Below, in pieces: positions 1 to 7,696 of a DNA stretch of 25,437 nucleotides. Every line of letters starts with the position of its first letter. Within the stretch, counting starts at the first letter, position 1. The position numbers were made by a program, and so were the translations under genes. The stretch comes from a virus (Duplodnaviria; Caudoviricetes), in the IMG/VR virus record IMGVR_UViG_3300016467_000138, positions 1 through 25,437 of that record; one strand, written 5' to 3'. The notes beneath the pieces were generated by a model. It was given only the letters and a program-made list of their open reading frames with translations. It searched no databases and had not been told where the DNA came from.

Positions 1-1
1 T

Positions 2-469
2 CGGTTGAACGGTCGTTCAACGTCCGTTGAACAGTCGTCAACTAACCAGAACCAAGAACCAGAACCAGAACCATCTTCTTCTTCGAAGAAGAATAAACCG
101 CAGCGGCCTGTGGATAAACCGGTCGAAGTGTCACCTGAAGTCTGGCTGTCGTTCCTCCAGGTCAGGAAAGCCAAGAAGGCAGCAGTCACCGACCTGGCCA
201 TCCTTGGCATCAAGCGCGAGTGCGTGAAGGCAGGCATCACCTTGGAAGACGCTCTCACGATCTGCTGCGAGCGCGGCTGGGCATCCTTCAAGGCCGAGTG
301 GATGCGGCAGCAGCGCAATGGCTCTTCGGGTGGCGAGAGCTTCTACGAGCGCGACATGCGCCTCAAGCGCGAGGAGGCCGCCAAGTGGGGCGGTGGCTTC
401 CGCTCCTCGTCAGACCCCTTCACCATCGACACGGAGGCGCGCAATGTCACTGCCATTGAAAGCGATTGA
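2..469 (+). CDS. Phage replication initiator (O-like), C-terminal part; 5' truncated by window edge
   Basis: Frame is open from position 2. NQNQEPEPEP linker followed by 'VWLSFLQVRKAKKAAVT...ITLEDALTICCERGWASFKAEW', typical of phage initiator C-terminal domains. Contains iteron-like repeats and lies directly upstream of a P-like gene. Confidence 0.7.
   Translation, partial: RLNGRSTSVEQSSTNQNQEPEPEPSSSSKKNKPQRPVDKPVEVSPEVWLSFLQVRKAKKAAVTDLAILGIKRECVKAGITLEDALTICCERGWASFKAEWMRQQRNGSSGGESFYERDMRLKREEAAKWGGGFRSSSDPFTIDTEARNVTAIESD
4..42. repeat. Iteron-like alternating direct/inverted repeats, 11-bp period
   Basis: GTTGAAC (4-10), GTTCAAC (15-21, reverse complement), GTTGAAC (26-32), GTCAAC (37-42). 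Confidence 0.6.
44..73 (+). repeat. Imperfect (AACCAG)n tandem repeat encoding the NQNQEPEPEP linker
   Basis: aaccagaaccaagaaccagaaccagaacca read directly. Confidence 0.75.
109..117 (-). promoter_or_regulatory. Perfect consensus DnaA box (TTATCCACA on minus strand)
   Basis: TGTGGATAA at 109-117, close to the iteron-like repeats and an 18-bp palindrome at 76-93. Confidence 0.55.
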
Positions 470-899
470 TCGGTTGTTTGAGCGCCTGGCGTTCACCTAC
501 GGCAACGAGTGGACCGCTCGCTGGGCCGGGCAAGATCCCGCCATGGTCAAGACCGCCTGGGCCCACGAGCTTTCGGCCTACACCCACCACCTCGAGGACA
601 TTGCCTGGGCGCTGGAGAATTTGCCACCACGCGCACCCAACGCGATCGAGTTTCGCAACCTGTGCCGCACAGCTCCGCGGCCGCAATCCCCTGCCCTGCC
701 GCAACCCAAGGCAGACCCGGCCAGGCTGAAAGCCGAGCTCTTCAAGCTGGGCGAGATCCGCAAGACCAGGACCGGCGGGATCGACCACAAGGCCTGGGCC
801 AAGCGCCTGGTGGCCATGCACGACGCCGGCGACAGGGTCCGGCCGATCTCCCTGCGCTTCGCACGTGAGGCCCTGCGCATGAACATGGAGGCCGTATGA
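444..899 (+). CDS. Replication protein P-like / helicase-loader-like phage protein (151 aa)
   Basis: GGAGG at 433-437 before ATG 444 (better start than 318). 'IDRLFERLAFTYGNEW...AWAHEL...IAWALENLPPRAPNAIEFRNLCR' resembles the lambda P-like N-terminal domain; position after the initiator fits. Confidence 0.6.
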   Translation: MSLPLKAIDRLFERLAFTYGNEWTARWAGQDPAMVKTAWAHELSAYTHHLEDIAWALENLPPRAPNAIEFRNLCRTAPRPQSPALPQPKADPARLKAELFKLGEIRKTRTGGIDHKAWAKRLVAMHDAGDRVRPISLRFAREALRMNMEAV

Positions 900-1282
900 C
901 TGAACGAGAAGCATTGAAGCTGGCGCTGGAGGCGTTGGAAGTTGTAGAACCTCATACATTCCCTGACAGTGACGCAGAACTCTTTTCTCGTTCCGCCATT
1001 ACCGCCATCCGAGAAGTCTTGGAACAGCCAGAGCAGGAGCCGGTGGCGTATGGAATGTGGGACACCATGCTTGGCAAAGAAAATCGCATGATGATGGTGC
1101 GTTTAGATAAAGGACAAGACGGTTGCACTGTTCCCCTCTACACATCCCTACTACAGCGCAAACCGCTGGAAGGCGTGATCGACGTGCAGCCCATCGGTTA
1201 TCACAGTTTGCAACTCATATTCAGGTCGCAGACCGACATTGCAAAATTCAAAGCCGCACACGGCATCAAGGAGGCCGTATGA
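896..1282 (+). CDS. Hypothetical phage accessory protein (128 aa)
   Basis: GGAGG RBS and ATGA overlap with the upstream stop. 'EALKLALEALE...EQPEQEPVA' is a common pattern in small phage early proteins. Visibly more A/T-rich than its neighbours. Confidence 0.75.
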   Translation: MTEREALKLALEALEVVEPHTFPDSDAELFSRSAITAIREVLEQPEQEPVAYGMWDTMLGKENRMMMVRLDKGQDGCTVPLYTSLLQRKPLEGVIDVQPIGYHSLQLIFRSQTDIAKFKAAHGIKEAV

Positions 1283-1434
1283 ACCAACCCTGGTACATCC
1301 GACTGGGCTGGTGGCTTTGCGAAAAGACCGGCCACCTCGGCGCTCAAAGTGGCTGGGTTTACAACGGCCACTATCACCGCGAGTGCAAGTTATGCGGTCG
1401 GATCGTGAGCGAGCCGGTCAAGGGGGAGGCATGA
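1279..1434 (+). CDS. Small putative zinc-binding prophage protein (51 aa)
   Basis: GGAGG RBS and ATGA overlap. MNQPWYIRLGWWLCEKTGH...RECKLCG gives a C-x3-GH...CxxCG ligand set. Confidence 0.65.
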   Translation: MNQPWYIRLGWWLCEKTGHLGAQSGWVYNGHYHRECKLCGRIVSEPVKGEA

Positions 1435-1505
1435 TCGAGATCGTGTTCTACGTTGTGATGGCCTTTGCGTTTGGCTGGGCCATCGGAAAATCGGGGCTTT
1501 GGTGA
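1431..1505 (+). CDS. Tiny single-pass membrane protein (24 aa)
   Basis: GGGAGG RBS and ATGA overlap; MIEIVFYVVMAFAFGWAIGKSGLW; its stop overlaps the next ATG (TGATG). Confidence 0.55.
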   Translation: MIEIVFYVVMAFAFGWAIGKSGLW

Positions 1506-1726
1506 TGGACACCTGGTCCGAAACCTACCGCCACCAGTGCGAAGTGCGCGACATCATCGCCAAGCGCCTCACCAAGGGCCGGCAATGGGCCCAGGACCAC
1601 CTCCAAGGGATCGAGAAAGCCCGAGGCAAGGCAGCCCGCCAAAAGCTCGAGGCCGACATCCTCCAGCAGTGGAACCTGGGCAATCGCGGCGCCACCGGCC
1701 ATTGGATTGACCCGCCTGTTGCGTAA
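1505..1726 (+). CDS. Hypothetical phage protein (73 aa)
   Basis: TGATG coupling to the previous ORF; MDTWSETYRHQCEVR...QWNLGNRG; GC3-rich codon usage like the other genes. Confidence 0.7.
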   Translation: MDTWSETYRHQCEVRDIIAKRLTKGRQWAQDHLQGIEKARGKAARQKLEADILQQWNLGNRGATGHWIDPPVA

Positions 1727-1746
1727 ATCACATCACCGATTAGAAT
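1719..1746 (+). promoter_or_regulatory. Sigma70-like promoter upstream of small terminase
   Basis: -35 TTGCGT (1719-1724), 16-bp spacer, -10 TAGAAT (1741-1746), in a local A/T-rich gap. Confidence 0.5.
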
Positions 1747-1752
1747 GACACC

Positions 1753-2205
1753 ATGGCAAGAACCGGACGACCCCCTCAACCAGTACCGCAGGACAAGGCC
1801 GACGAGATCATCGAGTGGATCTCGGCCGGTAAAACGCTGCGCGAATGGTGCAGGCAAGAAGGTAACCCGTCTTTCAGGACGGTCTACGATTGGTGTGACA
1901 AGGACGAAGAGTTCGCTGCACGCTTCGCACGCGCGCGAGATGTTGGCCACGACGTCATCGCTGAAGAGGCGCTCGAGATCATCGACACCGATCCTGAACA
2001 CGCCGAGAGCTGGTCCGAAAACGGCGGCAGCCGGCATCGCGACAGTGGCCACATCACCTGGCTGAAGAACCGCGCAGAGATGCGCCTGAAGCTCTTGGCT
2101 AAGTGGAATCCGAAGAAATACGGCGACAAGGTCGACGTCACCAGTGACGGCAAAGCGGTCGGCCTGGCCATCAACATCGACCTGGGCAAGGAGCAAGCCG
2201 CATGA
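1753..2205 (+). CDS. terS: Terminase small subunit (Sf6/P22-like HTH type)
   Basis: 'GRP...ADEIIEWISAGKTLREWCRQEGNPSFRTVYDW...EFAARFARAR...AEEALEIID...RLKLLAKWNPKKYGDK' pattern; upstream of the large terminase. Confidence 0.88.
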   Translation: MARTGRPPQPVPQDKADEIIEWISAGKTLREWCRQEGNPSFRTVYDWCDKDEEFAARFARARDVGHDVIAEEALEIIDTDPEHAESWSENGGSRHRDSGHITWLKNRAEMRLKLLAKWNPKKYGDKVDVTSDGKAVGLAINIDLGKEQAA

Positions 2206-2387
2206 ACCAAGCAGACGCAGTCTACGTGGCCAAGAAGATCATCGAGGAGTGGCCACAGGTCGCGCATGCCGTGCGTGATGTGCTCAACGAGCAAGACCTC
2301 GACGAGCTGCTCAACCGCGCAGCCACCAGGCGCGAGCTGCCGGCCTACCTGCGCAGCGTGCCCGGCGTCGTGGATGCGCCCCGATGA
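2202..2387 (+). CDS. Hypothetical protein (61 aa)
   Basis: AAGGAG RBS and ATGA overlap with terS; codon usage matches. Confidence 0.65.
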   Translation: MNQADAVYVAKKIIEEWPQVAHAVRDVLNEQDLDELLNRAATRRELPAYLRSVPGVVDAPR

Positions 2388-2482
2388 TCCGCGCCATCAT
2401 CACCCACTTGATCGCCACATCGATCGGCACATTCATCGGCATGGCCTTGTTCGCTCTGCTGCAAATGGCGAAAGATGACTGA
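2384..2482 (+). CDS. Small membrane protein (32 aa, MIRAIITHLIATSIGTFIGMALFALLQMAKDD); not in the supplied ORF track
   Basis: ATGA overlap with the previous stop; fills the gap to terL; one hydrophobic helix with a charged tail. Confidence 0.5.
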   Translation: MIRAIITHLIATSIGTFIGMALFALLQMAKDD

Positions 2483-3872
2483 CGCCACGCAGATCAACTA
2501 TCGACCGCCTGGGCCCATCTCCCGGGCGTTCATGCTCGACGACAGTTTCTTCCGCGGCATCATGGGGCCGTTCGGCTCGGGCAAGTCGACCGTCTGCGTG
2601 ATGGAGATCCTGCGCAAAGCGAAGGACCAGCGCATCGGCCTCGATGGCAAGCGTCGCACCCGGTGGGCCGTGGTCCGCAACACCTATCCCGAGCTGCGCA
2701 CCACCACGATCAAGACCTGGCACCAGTGGGTGCCGCCATCGATCGGGCGCTGGGTCGATACCGGCCCGCCCATGCATCACATCCAAGAGGGCGATCTCGA
2801 CCTCGAGGTGATCTTCGTCTCGCTGGACCGTCCCGACGACGTGGCCAAGCTGCTGGGCATGGAGCTCACCGGCGCCTGGATCGACGAGGCGCGCGAGGTT
2901 CCAAAGGCTGTGATCGACGGGCTCACCGGCCGCGTGGGCCGCTATCCCAGCGTGCTGATGGGCGGCTGCACCTGGTCTGGTTTGCTGGCCTCCACGAACC
3001 CGCCAGACAACGATCACTGGTGGTACAAGCTGGCCGAAGAGGTTCACCCCGATGGCTGGCGCTTTTTCCGGCAGCCAAGCGGCCTGTCGGTTGATGCCGA
3101 GAACCGCGAGAACCTGCCGGCCAACTACTACGAACGCCAGATTTCCGGCAAGGACGAGGACTGGATCAAGGTCTACGTGCACGGCGAGTATGGCTTCGTG
3201 CGCGACGGCAAGCCGGTCTATCCCGAGTACAAGGACAGCATCCACTGCCGCGAGTTCGACGTCGTGCGGTCCTGGCCGATCTATGTCGGCATCGACTTTG
3301 GGCTGACGCCGGCGGCCGTCTTTGGCCAGAAAACGACAATGGGCGGCTGGCGCTGGCACAGCGAGCTGGTGACCCAGGACATGGGCGCCAAGCGCTTTGC
3401 CGAGCTCATGCGCAACGTCATGCACGAGCGCTACCAGGGCATGACCTTCGCCTCGATCACTGGCGACCCGGCAGGCGAAGGACGGGCCCAGACAGACGAG
3501 AGCACGCCGTTTCAGATCCTGCGCGCTGCCGGCGTTGAGGCCAACCCGGCGCCCACCAACGATTTCACCAAACGGCGCGAGAGCGTGGCCATGTGCCTGT
3601 CTCGCCTGGTCGATGGTGTGCCGGGACTGGTGATCCACCCACAATGCAGCACTTTGCGCAAAGGCATGGCAGGTGGGTACAATTACAAGCGACTGCAAGT
3701 CACGGGTGAGGAGCGCTATCGCGACGTTCCAGACAAGGGCATGTATTCGCACGTGTGCGAAGCCGGGCAATACATGCTGGTGGGAGCAGGCGAAGCCCGA
3801 ACACTCGTAAAGCGCGACCGCCCGGTTTTCCGACAAGCGACCGCATTGTCCGATTACAACATCATGGGGTGA
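2475..3872 (+). CDS. terL: Terminase large subunit
   Basis: Walker A GPFGSGKST, Walker B 'AWIDEA', coupling motif 'STNPP', RNase H-like nuclease 'YVGIDFG' and C-terminal 'SHVCEA'. Confidence 0.95.
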   Translation: MTDATQINYRPPGPISRAFMLDDSFFRGIMGPFGSGKSTVCVMEILRKAKDQRIGLDGKRRTRWAVVRNTYPELRTTTIKTWHQWVPPSIGRWVDTGPPMHHIQEGDLDLEVIFVSLDRPDDVAKLLGMELTGAWIDEAREVPKAVIDGLTGRVGRYPSVLMGGCTWSGLLASTNPPDNDHWWYKLAEEVHPDGWRFFRQPSGLSVDAENRENLPANYYERQISGKDEDWIKVYVHGEYGFVRDGKPVYPEYKDSIHCREFDVVRSWPIYVGIDFGLTPAAVFGQKTTMGGWRWHSELVTQDMGAKRFAELMRNVMHERYQGMTFASITGDPAGEGRAQTDESTPFQILRAAGVEANPAPTNDFTKRRESVAMCLSRLVDGVPGLVIHPQCSTLRKGMAGGYNYKRLQVTGEERYRDVPDKGMYSHVCEAGQYMLVGAGEARTLVKRDRPVFRQATALSDYNIMG

Positions 3873-3876
3873 AACT

Positions 3877-4086
3877 ATGAGTGGCCTTTTCTCATCTCCC
3901 AGCGTTCCTACGCCTCCTCCTCCTCCAGCACCGGCGCCGGCTCCGACCATCGACACAGCGCGCCAGGCCCAGCAAGGCCGTGACGCATTGGCTGGCCGCC
4001 GCGGCCGCGCCGCAACCATCCTGACCGGCGCGCAGGGCGATTTAAGCGCACCGACCACCGGCACCAAGCAACTGTTGGGCAGCTGA
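3877..4086 (+). CDS. Small proline-rich virion protein preceding portal (T7 gp7.3-like position)
   Basis: MSGLFSSP...PPPPAP...RRGRAATILTG...KQLLGS; typical sequence style and synteny in T7-like/BPP-1-like head modules. Confidence 0.7.
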   Translation: MSGLFSSPSVPTPPPPPAPAPAPTIDTARQAQQGRDALAGRRGRAATILTGAQGDLSAPTTGTKQLLGS

Positions 4087-4088
4087 TC

Positions 4089-5744
4089 ATGGCCGACTCT
4101 CGCGCCGACGAAATCATCCGGCGACAGGAAAACATGGCCACCGACCGGGCCGTGTTTGACAGCCATTGGCGCGAGATCGCCGAGCGCATCCTGCCGCGTG
4201 CCGACTACTTCCGTGTGAACCGCCAGCCCGGCGACAAGCACACCGAGAAGATCTTTGACGCCACCGCCAACCTGGCGCTTGAGCGTTTTGCCGCTGCGAT
4301 GGAGAGCATGCTCACGCCGCGCACCCAGCAGTGGCACAAGCTCAAGACCGGCGTGCCTGAGCTCGACGAGAACCAAGAGGTGCAGGCCTACCTGGACGAG
4401 GTCACCAAGATCCTGTTCCAGGTGCGCTACAGCCCGCGGGCCAACTTCGCCAGCCAGGCCAACGAGTGCTACATGAACCTGGGCGCTTTTGGCACGTCCG
4501 GCATGTTTATCGACGACCTGGTGGGCCGTGGCATCCGCTACCGCTCGATCGCCTTGTCGGAGATGTACATCGCCGAGAACCATCAGGGCGCTGTCGATAC
4601 GGTGCACCGCAAGTTTCAGTTCACCGCTCGCCAGGCCGCGCAGAAGTTCGGCGAAGCCAAGCTGCCTGAAGCCATCCGCAAGTGCTTGGAGAAGAAGCCC
4701 GAGCAAAACTTCGATTTCATCCACGCCGTCGCGCCCCGCGAAGACATGGACGTCAATCGCAAGGACTACCGCGGCATGCCGGTCTATTCCTGCTACGTCG
4801 CAGTGGATGGCCGCACCGTCGTGAGCGAGGGCGGCTTCCGCTCGATGCCCTACGCTGTCGGCCGCTACGTGACGAGCCCCAAAGAGATCTATGGTCGCTC
4901 GCCGGCCATGACCGTGCTGCCCGACATCAAGATGCTCAACGAGATGTCGAAGACCGTCATCCGCGCAGCTCACAAGATCGTCGATCCCCCACTGCTGCTG
5001 CAAGAGGACGGCGCGCTGCAGGCCTTCGACCTGCGTCCTGGCGCGCTGAACTATGGCGGCGTCAACGAGCAGGGCAACCAGCTCGTGCATCCGCTGCAGA
5101 CCGGCGCCCGCGTGGACATCGGCCTGGACATGATGGAGCAGCGCCGCAAGGTCATCAACGACGCCTTCCTGGTCACGCTGTTCCAGATCCTGGTCGAAGC
5201 GCCCCAGATGACGGCCACCGAGGCCATGCTGCGTGCTCAGGAGAAGGGCGCGTTGCTTGCTCCCACCATGGGCCGGCAGCAATCCGAGTTCCTGGGCCCG
5301 CTGATCGAGCGCGAGATCGACATCCTGGCCCGCGCTGGCGCCCTGCCCCCGATGCCTCGTTTGCTGGTCGAGTATGGAGGCCAGGTCGAGATCGAATACG
5401 TCAGCCCCTTGAACCGGGCCCAGCGTGCCGATGAGGGCGTGGCCATCCTCAACACCCTGCAAGCGATCGCGCCTCTGGCCCAGATCGATCCCAAGGTGAT
5501 GATGATCTTCAACCCCGAGGCTGTGGCTCGCGAGCTTGCCGACATCAACGGCGTGCCGGCCAAGGTGCTGCGCTCGCCGGAACAGATCCAGGCAATGGAA
5601 GACCAGCAGGCCGAGGCCGCGCAAGCCCAGCAGCTCCTGGCTGCCGCTCCCGTCGCGTCCGGCGTGGTCAAAGATTTGGCGCAGGCTCAGTCCCTGGCTG
5701 GCGCTAACCCGGCACAGCAGGCTCCGGCCATCTTCCCGGCATGA
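4089..5744 (+). CDS. Portal / head-to-tail connector (T7 gp8 / BPP-1-like)
   Basis: 551 aa; motifs 'WREIAERILP', 'FGTS', 'YGRSPAMTVLPDIKMLNEM', 'MTATEAMLRAQEK...LAP', 'IEYVSPL'. Confidence 0.93.
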   Translation: MADSRADEIIRRQENMATDRAVFDSHWREIAERILPRADYFRVNRQPGDKHTEKIFDATANLALERFAAAMESMLTPRTQQWHKLKTGVPELDENQEVQAYLDEVTKILFQVRYSPRANFASQANECYMNLGAFGTSGMFIDDLVGRGIRYRSIALSEMYIAENHQGAVDTVHRKFQFTARQAAQKFGEAKLPEAIRKCLEKKPEQNFDFIHAVAPREDMDVNRKDYRGMPVYSCYVAVDGRTVVSEGGFRSMPYAVGRYVTSPKEIYGRSPAMTVLPDIKMLNEMSKTVIRAAHKIVDPPLLLQEDGALQAFDLRPGALNYGGVNEQGNQLVHPLQTGARVDIGLDMMEQRRKVINDAFLVTLFQILVEAPQMTATEAMLRAQEKGALLAPTMGRQQSEFLGPLIEREIDILARAGALPPMPRLLVEYGGQVEIEYVSPLNRAQRADEGVAILNTLQAIAPLAQIDPKVMMIFNPEAVARELADINGVPAKVLRSPEQIQAMEDQQAEAAQAQQLLAAAPVASGVVKDLAQAQSLAGANPAQQAPAIFPA

Positions 5745-6043
5745 TCGGCAACATGACGGCCGCCGTGCGGCGCATCCTCAACCGCAAGTCGGCTTATCGC
5801 CGGACGTTTCTCGACGCTGACGGCAACATCAACCGCAACGCCGAGATCGTCCTGGCCGACCTGCGCAAGTTCTGCCGGGCCACCTCCACCACTGTGATGG
5901 TGTCGCCGATCACCAAGTCGATCGACCCGGTGGCGATGGCCATGGCCGAGGGCCGGCGCGAGGTGTGGCTGCGCATCATGGCGCACCTGCACATCGACGA
6001 GAAACAAGTCTTTAACCTTGAGGAGCCGAACGATGGCAACTAA
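5741..6043 (+). CDS. Bbp19-like phage protein
   Basis: 'YRRTF...VLADLRKFC...AMAEGRREVWLRI' directly after the portal; ATGA overlap. Confidence 0.75.
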   Translation: MIGNMTAAVRRILNRKSAYRRTFLDADGNINRNAEIVLADLRKFCRATSTTVMVSPITKSIDPVAMAMAEGRREVWLRIMAHLHIDEKQVFNLEEPNDGN

Positions 6044-6494
6044 CGCAGCCAAGATGCTGGCCAACGAACCCGAAGAAAACGACGACGACGAGGGCGAGAT
6101 CGAGTATGGCAACTCGAACCAGGTGAGCACCAACAAGACGGCCCACGAGTTTTTCTACGTGCTGATGCAGACCGGCGTCTATGCGCAGATCCTGCACCGC
6201 CAGACCCGCAGCATCGCCGAGCACATGGCGCTGGGCGAGTTCTACAACGAGCTGGGCGACCTGGTCGACACGCTGATCGAGAGCTACCAGGGCTGCTACG
6301 GCCTGGTGATGGACTACCCGCTCGACGCCAAGATGCCGCCGCTCTCGAGCCCCTCGGCCATGCTCATGGGCCTGAGCGATTACGTGAAGGCCAAACGCAA
6401 GGCCGTGGCCGACGAAAGCCAGTTCCAAAACCAGATCGACGAGATCGCCACGCTGATCGACAGCACGCTCTACAAGCTCAAGTTCCTTTCCTGA
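6033..6494 (+). CDS. Ferritin/Dps-like four-helix protein (DUF5856-like), 153 aa
   Basis: GAGGAG RBS before ATG 6033. 'ILHRQTRSIAEHMALGEFYNELGDLVDTLIESYQG.YG...QNQIDEIATLIDSTLYKLKFL' matches phage Dps-like proteins; acidic N-terminal extension. Confidence 0.8.
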   Translation: MATNAAKMLANEPEENDDDEGEIEYGNSNQVSTNKTAHEFFYVLMQTGVYAQILHRQTRSIAEHMALGEFYNELGDLVDTLIESYQGCYGLVMDYPLDAKMPPLSSPSAMLMGLSDYVKAKRKAVADESQFQNQIDEIATLIDSTLYKLKFLS

Positions 6495-6522
6495 TTTCCC
6501 TCAACCACCACAAGGAGTTTTC

Positions 6523-7410
6523 ATGTCCGATGCATCAAGCGGGTCTGCCATGCTGGCAGGCAACCCGGCAGGCCAATCCGCTGCCGACAACCAAGGCGGC
6601 GCTGCGGCCGCATCAACGCCACCCTCCGGCGCTTCGTCCAACGACATCGGGAAACCGACCGACCAAAGCACCGGCAACTGGTACGACAGCATCGAGGATG
6701 CCGACCTCAAGGGCTACGTGCAAAACAAGGGCTGGAAAGACCCTGTCGAGCTAGCCAACGGCTACAAAAACCTCGAGAAGCTCCTGGGCGGCGAGAAGCT
6801 GCCCATGCCCAAGGGCGCCGAAGACAAGGAGGGCTGGGGCCGCGTGTATGACGCGCTGGGCCGTCCGAAGTCTGCCGAAGAGTACAAGCTCCCCGTGCCC
6901 GATGGCGACCCTGGCAACTTCGCCAAGGCGGCCGCGGGCAAGTTCCACGAGCTCGGCATCAGCCAGCAGCAGGCCGAGGGCCTGGCCGCCTGGTGGAACG
7001 AGCAGCAGACTGGCCAAATGCAACAACTGCAACAGCAGAGCGCCCAGAAGGTCGAGCAGGATCTCGGAACCCTGAAGACCGAATGGGGCACGGCCTGGGA
7101 GGAAAACATCAACCTCGGCCAGCGCGCAGCCAAAGAGTTCGGCCTGGACGCCTCCAAGCTGACAGCGATCGAGAACGCCATGGGCACCGGCGAGATGCTG
7201 AAGTTCATGGCCCGCATCGGCCGCGGCCTGACCGAGCACACGTTTGAGGGCGGCAAGTCCACGCAGGGCTTTGGCATGACCCCCGAGGCCGCACGCGCAC
7301 GCATCAGCTCGCTGCAACAGGACAAGGAGTTCTCGACGAAATACATCGCCGGCAACGCCGATGCGCAGGCCGAGATGCAGAAGCTGATGAAGATCGCTTA
7401 CCCGGAGTGA
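6523..7410 (+). CDS. Capsid assembly scaffolding protein
   Basis: AAGGAG RBS; low-complexity N-terminus; 'YKNLEKLLG', 'LGRP..AEEY', 'LKTEWG'; located between portal and capsid. Confidence 0.8.
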   Translation: MSDASSGSAMLAGNPAGQSAADNQGGAAAASTPPSGASSNDIGKPTDQSTGNWYDSIEDADLKGYVQNKGWKDPVELANGYKNLEKLLGGEKLPMPKGAEDKEGWGRVYDALGRPKSAEEYKLPVPDGDPGNFAKAAAGKFHELGISQQQAEGLAAWWNEQQTGQMQQLQQQSAQKVEQDLGTLKTEWGTAWEENINLGQRAAKEFGLDASKLTAIENAMGTGEMLKFMARIGRGLTEHTFEGGKSTQGFGMTPEAARARISSLQQDKEFSTKYIAGNADAQAEMQKLMKIAYPE

Positions 7411-7414
7411 TGCG

Positions 7415-7672
7415 ATGAACGCAACAGCGATGAAATCATTGCAACACACGCCGGAAATTCGGCTAGAATGTTTGAAACTGGCGCACCGTCCAGACCGCTC
7501 GCCTCAAGAGGTGATCGCAATGGCCAGGGAATACCTGGCTTGGGTCGGCGGGGTGCCTGTCCCGATAACCCCAGAAGGGCCGGGTGACAGCCAGAAAGTG
7601 GGCAAAACGGCCCCGGCAGATTCTGCACGGACAAGCCTTCCGAAGAGCGCCGCGAAAGCGGCAACCGTTTAA
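7415..7672 (+). CDS. Hypothetical protein (85 aa); 3' half overlaps the structured capsid leader
   Basis: GGAG RBS; 'EIRLECLKLA...EVIAMAREYLAWV' helical core followed by a low-complexity tail. Confidence 0.6.
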   Translation: MNATAMKSLQHTPEIRLECLKLAHRPDRSPQEVIAMAREYLAWVGGVPVPITPEGPGDSQKVGKTAPADSARTSLPKSAAKAATV

Positions 7673-7690
7673 TCAACACCTTCGAAAGGT
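7557..7690 (+). promoter_or_regulatory. Candidate structured cis-regulatory RNA in capsid gene leader
   Basis: Consecutive hairpins at 7557-7590, 7609-7637, 7649-7662 (GAAA tetraloop) and 7678-7690 (pairs the AAGGT RBS). The first two share a C / AYAA asymmetric internal loop. Confidence 0.55.
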
Positions 7691-7696
7691 CACGAT

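Noticed and set aside
318-443. N-terminal extension of the P-like ORF in the ORF track
   Set aside because: Overlaps the initiator gene extensively; ATG 444 has a GGAGG RBS and begins the plausible domain.
3895-3950. CCT/CCG-rich repeat
   Set aside because: Simply encodes the poly-proline tract of the small pre-portal protein.
2433-5624. 1063-aa minus-strand ORF
   Set aside because: Antisense shadow of terL and portal. GC3-rich sense codons suppress stops on the opposite strand; no recognisable motifs.
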